DNA from: an uncultured bacterium
GTDB lineage: Bacteria > Schekmanbacteria > GWA2-38-11 > J061
NCBI GenBank assembly: GCA_964549305.1
Contig: CAZJVM010000078.1
Location: 1-11,075, forward strand
Direction of reading: 5' to 3'
DNA: 11,075 bases
In this document: positions 1-7,930 of the stretch, piece after piece
How the letters are laid out: every line of letters begins with the position of its first letter
Position numbering within the stretch: the stretch's first letter is position 1
Notes under the pieces: model-generated
What the model saw: the letters and a program-made list of their open reading frames with translations, nothing else
Told to the model about the DNA's origin: nothing
Database searches by the model: none
Position numbers and translations under genes: made by a program

Positions 1-13
1 CGGGTATTTTCCC

Positions 14-43
14 TTGACATATAATTTTTTTCTATGTTAAAGA
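14..43 (+). promoter_or_regulatory. Putative sigma70-type promoter for the atp(-nuo) cluster
   Basis: Perfect TTGACA at 14-19; 18 bp downstream is an imperfect extended -10, TGnTAAAGA (35-43). A perfect TATAAT also lies at 20-25. AT-rich region about 100 bp upstream of the first CDS. Confidence 0.5.
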
Positions 44-140
44 CAGCAAATTTATTTTACGGAAATAACCCTTTTTTATTACATAAGTATTGGAATTAAA
101 AAGGTTTTTTCCAATTGAGGAATTGAGCGTTCCTATATAA

Positions 141-362
141 ATGAGTGGCGAGGACAACCAAAAGCAGAAAGAATACAGGCAATGGGGTCTTCTAAGCACA
201 ATAGGAATAGCTCTTGTGGCATCAACGTGTGTAGGTCTGGCAATCGGCTACTACCTCGATAAATGGCTTGATACTAAGCCCGTTTTCTTAATCATCTGGA
301 CAGTACTTGGCATCGTGGCGGGCTTTAAAGAGATGTTTTCAATAATAAAAAAAAGTGAGTAG
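141..362 (+). CDS. atpZ: AtpZ/AtpI-family (ATPase gene1-type) small membrane protein
   Basis: 73 aa, two hydrophobic segments, family-like motif 'IG..LV....VG..IGYYLDKWLDTKP.FLI....LGI.AGF'; lies 2 bp upstream of atpB. No obvious Shine-Dalgarno. Confidence 0.85.
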   Translation: MSGEDNQKQKEYRQWGLLSTIGIALVASTCVGLAIGYYLDKWLDTKPVFLIIWTVLGIVAGFKEMFSIIKKSE

Positions 363-364
363 AG

Positions 365-1051
365 ATGGAACATCCTCCGGTATATCTATTTATGCTTCTC
401 GGGATATCCGAGCATTTTCAGGAACAGTACCGTTACGTAATGCTCGCCGTGCTTGTTACATTGATATTGACCTTTCTATCCCTCTGGGCAAAAAGGAATC
501 TGCAGGAAATCCCTTCGGGCAAGCAGAACTTCTTTGAATTCGTAATAGGCGGAATCGTTGAATTCATGGAAGAGATTATGGGACACGAAGCGAAAAGATT
601 TCTGCCTCTTATAGGCAGTCTCGCGTTTTTCATACTCACAGCCAACATTATGGGTCTTATTCCCGGATTTGATTCGCCCACGGCAAATATCAATGTAACG
701 GGGGGATGCGCCATAGTGGTTTTCTTCACGACACATATCGTAGGAGTGAAACGCCATGGTATGAAATATATAAAGCAGTTCACGGGACCTATTGTCTGGC
801 TTACTCCCCTGATGCTTCCCATTGAGCTTATCAGCCACTTAGTAAGACCCGTATCACTTTCAATAAGGTTATTCGGAAACATTTTCGGCGGTCATCTTGT
901 AATCGGAAGCTTTCTCGGACTCGTATCTATTCCTCTCATATATCCCCTGCCTATGATGGCAATGGAGATATTTGTAGCTTTCGTGCAGACGCTGATTTTT
1001 ATGGTGCTTTCAATGATTTACATTTCTCTGGCGCTGTCAGAGGAACATTGA
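365..1051 (+). CDS. atpB: F0F1 ATP synthase subunit a
   Basis: 228 aa with motifs N.MGLIP, SPTANIN, ELISHLVRPVSLSIRLFGN (essential Arg168) and VAFVQTLIF..LS.IYI (Gln208). Confidence 0.97.
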   Translation: MEHPPVYLFMLLGISEHFQEQYRYVMLAVLVTLILTFLSLWAKRNLQEIPSGKQNFFEFVIGGIVEFMEEIMGHEAKRFLPLIGSLAFFILTANIMGLIPGFDSPTANINVTGGCAIVVFFTTHIVGVKRHGMKYIKQFTGPIVWLTPLMLPIELISHLVRPVSLSIRLFGNIFGGHLVIGSFLGLVSIPLIYPLPMMAMEIFVAFVQTLIFMVLSMIYISLALSEEH

Positions 1052-1093
1052 GAATATAACATGTTAGGTGTTTAAAAGTTTTATAATTTAATC

Positions 1094-1102
1094 AAGGGGG
1101 TG
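1094..1102 (+). promoter_or_regulatory. Shine-Dalgarno site of atpE
   Basis: AAGGGGGTG ending 7 nt before ATG 1110, preceded by an A/T-rich tract. Confidence 0.7.
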
Positions 1103-1109
1103 AAAACTG

Positions 1110-1436
1110 ATGAAAAAAGTTGCTCTGACAATGCTAGTTATTATGATTGCCTGCTTATTTGTTGCACCTGCGGCAATGGCAGCAGAAGGTGCCGAAGGCG
1201 CTGGAAGCGGCGTTAACTTTACCTATGTATGGGTTGCCTGCGCACTGGGAATCGCAATCGCTGCTTTCGGCGGTGCTCTCGGACAGGGACGCAGTGTAAG
1301 CGCGGCAATGGAAGGAATCGCAAGAAATCCGAATGCTTCCGGTAAGATTCAGACTGCAATGATTATCGGTCTCGCTCTTATCGAGTCTCTGGTAATTTAC
1401 GCACTCGTTGTTGTGCTGATTCTTCTCTTTAAATAG
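1110..1436 (+). CDS. atpE: F0F1 ATP synthase subunit c with N-terminal signal-peptide-like extension
   Basis: Gly-rich helix GIAIAAFGGALGQG, loop ARNP, ion-binding IESLVIY (Glu92); about 34 extra N-terminal residues. Confidence 0.97.
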   Translation: MKKVALTMLVIMIACLFVAPAAMAAEGAEGAGSGVNFTYVWVACALGIAIAAFGGALGQGRSVSAAMEGIARNPNASGKIQTAMIIGLALIESLVIYALVVVLILLFK

Positions 1437-1479
1437 ACTTGTAAGAAATAGGTTAGTAATATAGAAAAATAGTTTACTG

Positions 1480-1505
1480 GCGGAGGATAATTTTTTATCC
1501 TCCGC
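1480..1505 (+). terminator. Strong stem-loop between atpE and nuoA (partial terminator or mRNA stability hairpin)
   Basis: Perfect 11-bp inverted repeat GCGGAGGATAA (1480-1490) / TTATCCTCCGC (1495-1505) with TTTT loop. Not immediately followed by a U-tract, so terminator function is uncertain. Confidence 0.5.
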
Positions 1506-1565
1506 TGAAATTATCTTTTATAGACAGAGAATACCGCACCCCATAGAGGTGCAGGGAATAATCAA

Positions 1566-1967
1566 GTGGAAAACGGACTATATTCATACCTGCCGGTTGC
1601 AATTATGCTTGTTGTCGCAGTCGGTTTTGCCGCTGTAAATATAATACTGTCATATCTCGTAGGGAAAAGAAAGATTAACTCCGAGAAGCTTTCTCCCTAT
1701 GAGTGCGGTGTGCCTCCCATAAGTTCCGCAAGGCTTCGTTTCCCTATAAAGTTTTATCTTATCGCAATGTTATTCATTATATTCGATATCGAGGCCGTAT
1801 TCCTCTATCCCTGGGCGGCAGTGCTCAGGTCAATCAAAGGATACGGTTCCTTTGTTTTTTACGAAATGGTAATTTTTATATTCATTCTACTTGCGGGACT
1901 TCTCTATGTATGGAAGAGGAAAGCGCTTGAGTGGGAAGGCATCGGCGATGCGGAGGAAGAGAAATGA
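1566..1967 (+). CDS. nuoA: NADH-quinone oxidoreductase subunit A
   Basis: GTG start after AGGGA; motifs K.SPYECG, FYLIAMLFIIFDIEAVFLYPWA, YVWKRKALEW. Confidence 0.96.
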   Translation: MENGLYSYLPVAIMLVVAVGFAAVNIILSYLVGKRKINSEKLSPYECGVPPISSARLRFPIKFYLIAMLFIIFDIEAVFLYPWAAVLRSIKGYGSFVFYEMVIFIFILLAGLLYVWKRKALEWEGIGDAEEEK

Positions 1968-2434
1968 ATGCGGCGATGACGGATATAGATAAAAAAATAG
2001 ATGAGCTTCTGAAAAAATATCCCCGAAAGGATGCCGCGCTTCTGCCCCTTCTCCATTTGCTTCAGAATGAAGAGGGTTGGGTATCGAAGGAGGCAATGGA
2101 AAAAGCGGCACAGATTCTCGAAATCCCCACAAGCAGGGTAAAGGGCGTTGCCACGTTCTACACAATGTACAACAGGAAAAAAGTGGGAAAGTATTTTATT
2201 CAGGTTTGCACAAACATTGCCTGCCACATACTGGATGCTCAAAAGATAGTCAGCCACATAGAAAACAAACTTGGAATCAGGGTCGGTGAAACCACGCCCG
2301 ACGGCAAATTTTCTTTTATTACCGTTGAATGCCTCGGTTCCTGCGGTACCGCGCCAATGATGCAGATTAATGACGATTACTATGAAAATCTTGACACTGC
2401 AAAAGTTGACGAAATATTGGACAGTTTAAAATAG
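1964..2434 (+). CDS. nuoE: NADH-quinone oxidoreductase subunit E (24-kDa-type [2Fe-2S] protein)
   Basis: ALLPLLH..Q...GWVS, V.GVATFYTMY, and ligands CTNIAC...CLGSC..AP.MQIND. Start moved from the ORF-track 1931 to ATG 1964, because GGAGG lies at 1952-1956 and ATGA overlaps the nuoA stop; 156 aa. Confidence 0.93.
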   Translation: MNAAMTDIDKKIDELLKKYPRKDAALLPLLHLLQNEEGWVSKEAMEKAAQILEIPTSRVKGVATFYTMYNRKKVGKYFIQVCTNIACHILDAQKIVSHIENKLGIRVGETTPDGKFSFITVECLGSCGTAPMMQINDDYYENLDTAKVDEILDSLK

Positions 2435-2455
2435 CAAAGGCTTCAAGAGGAAATA

Positions 2456-3520
2456 ATGGGAGGATTGAACATCTCTGAGATTTTAACGAACACGCTTTTC
2501 ATCAAGGTCGTGGAGATACTTTTCGTTTTCGGCGCCACTATGGGTACAGTCGCCTATCTCACCCTTGTGGAAAGGCGCGTTTCCGCCTTTATGCAAAAAC
2601 GCGTGGGACCCAACCGCGTAGGATACGCCGGACTGCTTCAACCTCTTGCAGACGGAATCAAGTTTATAATGAAGGAAGACATCATTCCCCTGCATGTAAA
2701 CAAGTTCTTTTACATTCTCGCTCCCATGATTTCCATAATACCGGCGCTCGTAACCTTCGCCGTAATTCCCTTCGGCGCGCCTACGACATTCAACGGATTG
2801 CTGGAGAACCCCGTTGAATTGCAGATTACCGAGCTTAACGTGGGAGTCCTTTATATTGTGGCAATCGCTTCGCTCGGCGTCTACGGCATCGTGCTCGGCG
2901 GATGGGCATCAAACAACAAGTATTCCCTTATTGGCGGACTTCGCTCCTCGGCGCAGATGATAAGCTATGAGCTTGCAATGGGACTCGCCCTTGTGGGGGT
3001 AATCATGACGGCGGGCTCGCTTAACCTTTCGGAAATAGTTATCAGGCAGGGAAAATACTGGTTCGTATTTCCCCAGATTCTGGGTTTCATCATATTCATA
3101 ATTTCAAGCTTTGCCGAAACAAACAGGCTCCCTTTCGACCTTCCCGAAGCGGATTCCGAACTTGTCGCCGGATACCACACAGAATACAGCAGTATGAAAT
3201 TCGCAATGTTTTTTATGGCTGAATACGCAAATATGATTACCGCATCGGCGCTCATCGTAACGCTTTATTTGGGCGGATGGCAGGGAAGCCCGATAGGAGG
3301 ATGGTTTAATCTTCCCATCATCGACAAACTCTGGTTTATGCCCCTTGCGTGGTTTGCCCTGAAGGTGGGAGCGGTGCTCTTTTTCTTCGTGTGGGTCAGA
3401 TGGTCTTTCCCGAGATTCAGATACGACCAGCTTATGGCTTTCGGATGGAAGGTGCTGGTGCCTCTTGCCCTTTTGAATATTCTCATTACTGGATTTTTAA
3501 TTTTCTGGGATATCATATAA
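2456..3520 (+). CDS. nuoH: NADH-quinone oxidoreductase subunit H
   Basis: ERRVSAFMQKRVGPNRVG, LQPLADGIKFIMKE, GGLRSSAQMISYE, AETNRLPFDLPEA.SELVAGYHTEYS, PRFRYDQLM..GWK; AGAGG RBS. Confidence 0.97.
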   Translation: MGGLNISEILTNTLFIKVVEILFVFGATMGTVAYLTLVERRVSAFMQKRVGPNRVGYAGLLQPLADGIKFIMKEDIIPLHVNKFFYILAPMISIIPALVTFAVIPFGAPTTFNGLLENPVELQITELNVGVLYIVAIASLGVYGIVLGGWASNNKYSLIGGLRSSAQMISYELAMGLALVGVIMTAGSLNLSEIVIRQGKYWFVFPQILGFIIFIISSFAETNRLPFDLPEADSELVAGYHTEYSSMKFAMFFMAEYANMITASALIVTLYLGGWQGSPIGGWFNLPIIDKLWFMPLAWFALKVGAVLFFFVWVRWSFPRFRYDQLMAFGWKVLVPLALLNILITGFLIFWDII

Positions 3521-3521
3521 G

Positions 3522-4043
3522 ATGATAATGGAAACAACAGCATTCTGGTTTTTCGCGGCTCTTGCCGTAATTTCGGCGGTATTTATGGTGCTGAAGAAAA
3601 ACCCCGTAGCTTCTGTCTTTTCACTCATAATAACATTTATCTCCGTTGCAGGGCTTTATGCGACCCTTTACGCCCATTTTCTGGCAATAATACAGATACT
3701 CGTTTACGCGGGGGCGATAATGGTTTTATTCCTTTTTGTCGTAATGCTTCTTGATTTAAGGAGCGAGGAATTTTTCTTCAAAGTACAAAAAGGCGCAAAG
3801 GCAGGCGGGCTGATTCTAAGCGCCCTACTTCTTGCCGAAGTCTGGTATGTTGCCTCATCGGCTTTCGTCAATTATTCTTCAAAAGGGACAGCGACGGCAG
3901 AGGCAATCACGCGCGAAGGAGGAAACACCGCGCTTCTCGGAAAACTCCTTTTTACCGAGTATCTTCTCCCCTTTGAGCTTACATCGGTGCTTCTTCTCGT
4001 CGCAATCATCGGCGCGGTGCTTATGTCAAGGAGGGTAAAGTAA
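3522..4043 (+). CDS. nuoJ: NADH-quinone oxidoreductase subunit J
   Basis: [53 protein letters not shown]; alternative start ATG 3528. Confidence 0.96.
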   Translation: MIMETTAFWFFAALAVISAVFMVLKKNPVASVFSLIITFISVAGLYATLYAHFLAIIQILVYAGAIMVLFLFVVMLLDLRSEEFFFKVQKGAKAGGLILSALLLAEVWYVASSAFVNYSSKGTATAEAITREGGNTALLGKLLFTEYLLPFELTSVLLLVAIIGAVLMSRRVK

Positions 4044-4345
4044 TGATTACGCTGAACCACTACCTCATTCTCGCGGCAATACTTTTTTCAATAGGCGCCG
4101 TGGGAGTATTTGTGAGAAGAAGCGCGCTGATAATATTTATGTGCATAGAGCTAATGCTGAATTCGGTAAATATAACTTTTGTGGCTTTTTCAAGGTATCT
4201 TGACAATATGGACGGACAACTTTTCGTCTTCTTCGTAATGACAGTCGCCGCGGCGGAAGTTGTCGTGGGACTTGCAATCATATTGCTCATCTTCAGGCAA
4301 AGATCAACGGTCAATGTGGATGAAATTAACCTGATGAAAGGATAG
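4043..4345 (+). CDS. nuoK: NADH-quinone oxidoreductase subunit K
   Basis: 100 aa; MCIELMLN and [12 protein letters not shown] carry both conserved Glu; TAATG overlap with the nuoJ stop. Confidence 0.97.
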   Translation: MITLNHYLILAAILFSIGAVGVFVRRSALIIFMCIELMLNSVNITFVAFSRYLDNMDGQLFVFFVMTVAAAEVVVGLAIILLIFRQRSTVNVDEINLMKG

Positions 4346-4357
4346 GAAAGATAACCG

Positions 4358-6286
4358 ATGCTTGATTATATTTGGCTGATTCCCATACTTCCGCTCATCG
4401 GATTTGCGATAAACGGGCTTTTCGGAAACTACATAGGAAAAAAGCTTGTGGGATTTGTGGGCTGTACATCAGTTGGGCTCGCTTTTCTCCTTTCCCTCGC
4501 CAGCTTTTCCAATCTCCTTTCTATGCCCGCGGAAGAACGGATTTTCGAGAAAACCCTATATACCTGGATTGGAAGCGGCACATTCAAAGCGGACTTGTGT
4601 TTTCAGCTCGACCCGCTTTCGGGAATAATGATTCTGGTTGTAACGGGAGTGGGATTTCTCATACACGTCTATTCAATGGGCTATATGCACGATGACGAAG
4701 GTTACGGACGCTATTTTACATATCTCAACCTTTTCACATTTTCTATGCTTGTCCTCGTTCTCGGAGGAAATTTCCTTGTTATGTTTGTAGGATGGGAAGC
4801 GGTCGGACTCTGCTCATATCTTCTCATTGGCTTCTTCTATAAAAAGAAGAGCGCCACCGATGCGGGCAAAAAAGCATTTATTGTCAACAGAATCGGTGAT
4901 TTCGGATTTATTCTCGGTATAATGTTAATCTTTTTCACCTTCCACTCGGTGGATTTTCAGGAGGTCTTTTCACAGGCGGAAGCGAATTTCCCCGTAGGAA
5001 GCAACACAATAGTGTGGATTACTCTCCTGCTTTTCATAGGCGCAACAGGTAAATCAGCGCAGATTCCTCTTTTTGTATGGCTTCCCGACGCAATGGAAGG
5101 CCCTACTCCCGTAAGCGCGCTAATTCACGCGGCAACGATGGTTACAGCAGGCGTTTATATGGTCGCCCGATGCAGTACCCTTTTCATAATCGCTCCTGAA
5201 GCTATGCTCACCGTGGCGATAATCGGCGCAATCACTGCGATATTTGCCGCATCCATAGGGCTTGTGCAAACGGACATAAAGAAAGTCCTCGCCTACTCCA
5301 CCGTCAGCCAGCTTGGTTATATGTTTCTTGCCTGCGGAGTTGGAGCATTCGGCGCGGCAATATTTCATCTTATGACGCACGCATTTTTCAAGGCGCTTCT
5401 CTTTTTGGGTTCGGGAAGCGTGATTCACGCAATGGGAGGCGAGCAGGACATACGGAAGATGGGCGCCCTCAGGAAGAAAATGCCCGTAACATTCTATACA
5501 TTCCTGCTTGCGACACTGGCAATTGCCGGAATTCCCGGTTTCTCCGGTTTCTTCAGCAAGGATGAAATACTCTGGAAATCATTCTCATCGCCTTACGGTC
5601 ATACGCTTCTATGGGTAACAGGCGCCGTCGCGGCGGGATTTACTTCATTCTATATGTTTCGCCTCGTATTCCTCACTTTCTGTGGCGAATCGAGAGTCGA
5701 ACCTCACGCCCTGGAGCATCTGCACGAATCTCCGCCTTCGATGACTATTCCCCTTTCCATACTCGGAGTGCTTTCGGTAATAGGCGGTTATGTGGGAATC
5801 CCGCATATACTCGGCGGACATAACAGGATAGAGGGGTTTCTCGAGCCAGTATTCCGTTTCGCCGCTGAAAGCACAGAAAGGGCTGAAGGGCACGGAAGCG
5901 AAAGCCTCGAGATGACTCTGATGATTGCATCCGTTGCAATCGCCTTGGGTGGACTCCTCCTTGCCTACTACTTTTATCTCAGGAACAAAAACGTTCCTGA
6001 AAAGCTCGCAAAGAGTTTTTCACCGATATATAACCTGCTTCTTAATAAATATTATGTTGACGAAATTTACGACGCGCTCATTGTCAACCCAATCAAAAGG
6101 GGCGCGACAATACTTTGGGAATTCTTTGACGAAAAGGTTATTGACGGGCTTGTTAACGGAGTTGCCGAATTCTTTGAAGACGGCGGACTCAGCTTGAGAA
6201 ATATACAAAGCGGAAAAGCGCAGACATATCTTGTTTCAATACTTCTCGGCGCGGTAATTCTGGCAGGATATATTCTCGTTTTCTGA
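4358..6286 (+). CDS. nuoL: NADH-quinone oxidoreductase subunit L
   Basis: 642 aa; GWEAVGLCSYLLIGF, GKSAQIPL..WLPDAMEGPTPVSALIHAATMV, HLMTHAFFKA, FFSKDEI; C-terminal transverse-helix region present (NKYYVDEIY...IDGLVNG...QSG..Q.Y). Confidence 0.97.
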   Translation: MLDYIWLIPILPLIGFAINGLFGNYIGKKLVGFVGCTSVGLAFLLSLASFSNLLSMPAEERIFEKTLYTWIGSGTFKADLCFQLDPLSGIMILVVTGVGFLIHVYSMGYMHDDEGYGRYFTYLNLFTFSMLVLVLGGNFLVMFVGWEAVGLCSYLLIGFFYKKKSATDAGKKAFIVNRIGDFGFILGIMLIFFTFHSVDFQEVFSQAEANFPVGSNTIVWITLLLFIGATGKSAQIPLFVWLPDAMEGPTPVSALIHAATMVTAGVYMVARCSTLFIIAPEAMLTVAIIGAITAIFAASIGLVQTDIKKVLAYSTVSQLGYMFLACGVGAFGAAIFHLMTHAFFKALLFLGSGSVIHAMGGEQDIRKMGALRKKMPVTFYTFLLATLAIAGIPGFSGFFSKDEILWKSFSSPYGHTLLWVTGAVAAGFTSFYMFRLVFLTFCGESRVEPHALEHLHESPPSMTIPLSILGVLSVIGGYVGIPHILGGHNRIEGFLEPVFRFAAESTERAEGHGSESLEMTLMIASVAIALGGLLLAYYFYLRNKNVPEKLAKSFSPIYNLLLNKYYVDEIYDALIVNPIKRGATILWEFFDEKVIDGLVNGVAEFFEDGGLSLRNIQSGKAQTYLVSILLGAVILAGYILVF

Positions 6287-6322
6287 TAGTGGATTTATAA
6301 AATATTAAATGAGGAGTTAACA

Positions 6323-7915
6323 TTGTTAAGTGTTGTAACATTTTTCCCGTTGGTGGGCATAATCTTTATTCTTCTCACGGGAAGAAACAACAAGGGTATA
6401 ATCCGTTTTATCGCTCTTGCCACAACGGTCATCGATTTTCTCTATTCTCTGAGAATATATAACGGATTTAACAGCGCGACGGCAAACTTTCAGTTTACGG
6501 AAAAACTGCCGTGGATTTCCGGGCTTGGCATAGATTATTCTGTGGGAATAGACGGAATAAGCCTTCTTCTTGTTATGCTTACCACATTCCTTACGCCAAT
6601 CGTCATACTCGCGTCGTGGAGCGCGATAGAGGATAAGGTAAAGGAATATATGATTTCAATGCTTCTCCTCGAAGTGGGAATGATAGGCGTTTTCGTCGCC
6701 ACAGACCTTTTCCTTTTTTATGTATTCTGGGAAATAATGCTCATTCCCATGTATCTTCTCATAGGCATCTGGGGAGGACCGCGAAGGATTTACGCGGCTG
6801 TAAAGTTTGTCCTTTATACAATGGTCGGAAGCGTACTTATGCTTCTTGCCATACTTTATCTCTACTTTATGAATTACCAGCAGACCGGAGAATACAGCTT
6901 CAGTCTTTTCGATTTTTATAAACTGCATATACCAATTGAAATTCAGCCGTGGCTTTTCCTTGCATTCGCGCTTGCATTTGCCATAAAAGTCCCCATGTTT
7001 CCCTTCCATACGTGGTTGCCCGACGCGCACGTTGAAGCGCCGACGGGGGGAAGTGTCATCCTTGCAGGCGTACTTCTCAAAATGGGCACATACGGCTTTT
7101 TGAGATTCTGCCTTCCTCTTTTTCCCAATGCGGCGTTCAAGTTTATGCCCTATTTATGCGTACTTGCAATAATCGGAATTATTTACGGCGCCCTCGTATC
7201 TATGGTGCAGAAGGACATCAAAAAGCTTGTGGCATATTCAAGCGTGAGCCACCTCGGATTCGTTATGCTCGGAATATTCTCTTTCAATCAGCAGGGGATG
7301 GAAGGAAGCATAATTCAGATGGTTAACCACGGGCTTAGTACGGGAGCGCTTTTCCTGCTTGTTGGAATGATATATGAAAGAAGGCATACGAGAATGATTG
7401 CGGACTTCGGAGGAATCGTGAAAACTGTCCCCGTCTTCTCCACATTCTTTATGATTGTAACGCTGTCATCGATTGGACTTCCCGGGCTTAACGGATTTAT
7501 CGGAGAATTTCTCATTCTCGTGGGGACTTTTCAGGCAAGCAGGGTTTATGCGGCATTCGCCGCGACGGGAATAATTCTTGCCGCCGTTTATATGCTCTGG
7601 ATGGTACAGAGATTTCTTTTCGGAGAAATCACCAAGGAAGAGAACAGGAACATTTCCGACATCAATCTGAGAGAGCTAATAGTCATTCTTCCGGTAATCT
7701 TTTTCATTATAATGATTGGCGTATATCCTCAACCCTTCCTCGAGAAGATGCATGCTTCAGTGCAGGGACTTCTCAGCAAGGTGAATGTGCAGTACCAGTT
7801 TGTAGAAAAAGAGAATGACGATTTGGTAAAAACAATGACTAACTTAAAAAATGTTTCGCTTAAATTTGATTCAGAGCGGGACAGGACAAAGAAAGAGCAG
7901 ATGCTCGAACTTTAG
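6323..7915 (+). CDS. nuoM: NADH-quinone oxidoreductase subunit M
   Basis: TTG start after GAGGAG (6311-6316); FYVFWE...[53 protein letters not shown]. Confidence 0.97.
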   Translation: MLSVVTFFPLVGIIFILLTGRNNKGIIRFIALATTVIDFLYSLRIYNGFNSATANFQFTEKLPWISGLGIDYSVGIDGISLLLVMLTTFLTPIVILASWSAIEDKVKEYMISMLLLEVGMIGVFVATDLFLFYVFWEIMLIPMYLLIGIWGGPRRIYAAVKFVLYTMVGSVLMLLAILYLYFMNYQQTGEYSFSLFDFYKLHIPIEIQPWLFLAFALAFAIKVPMFPFHTWLPDAHVEAPTGGSVILAGVLLKMGTYGFLRFCLPLFPNAAFKFMPYLCVLAIIGIIYGALVSMVQKDIKKLVAYSSVSHLGFVMLGIFSFNQQGMEGSIIQMVNHGLSTGALFLLVGMIYERRHTRMIADFGGIVKTVPVFSTFFMIVTLSSIGLPGLNGFIGEFLILVGTFQASRVYAAFAATGIILAAVYMLWMVQRFLFGEITKEENRNISDINLRELIVILPVIFFIIMIGVYPQPFLEKMHASVQGLLSKVNVQYQFVEKENDDLVKTMTNLKNVSLKFDSERDRTKKEQMLEL

Positions 7916-7930
7916 GGAGTATTTAAAAGA

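Noticed and set aside
347-367. A8 run at the end of atpZ as a -1 frameshift site fusing AtpZ to AtpB
   Set aside because: The -1 frame (the atpB frame) hits TGA at 356-358 before the atpB start.
141-1436. N-ATPase (atpDCQRBEFAG) operon
   Set aside because: No atpD/atpC immediately upstream, no atpR, and no atpF/A/G downstream; the Na+ motif is incomplete.
1437-1565. Riboswitch, tRNA or CRISPR repeat in the atpE-nuoA spacer
   Set aside because: The hairpins are single-copy and match no RNA family consensus I can recognise.
1931-1963. Longer nuoE start (MGRHRRCGGRE...) from the ORF track
   Set aside because: It overlaps nuoA by 37 nt. The SD GGAGG and the ATGA overlap point to ATG 1964.
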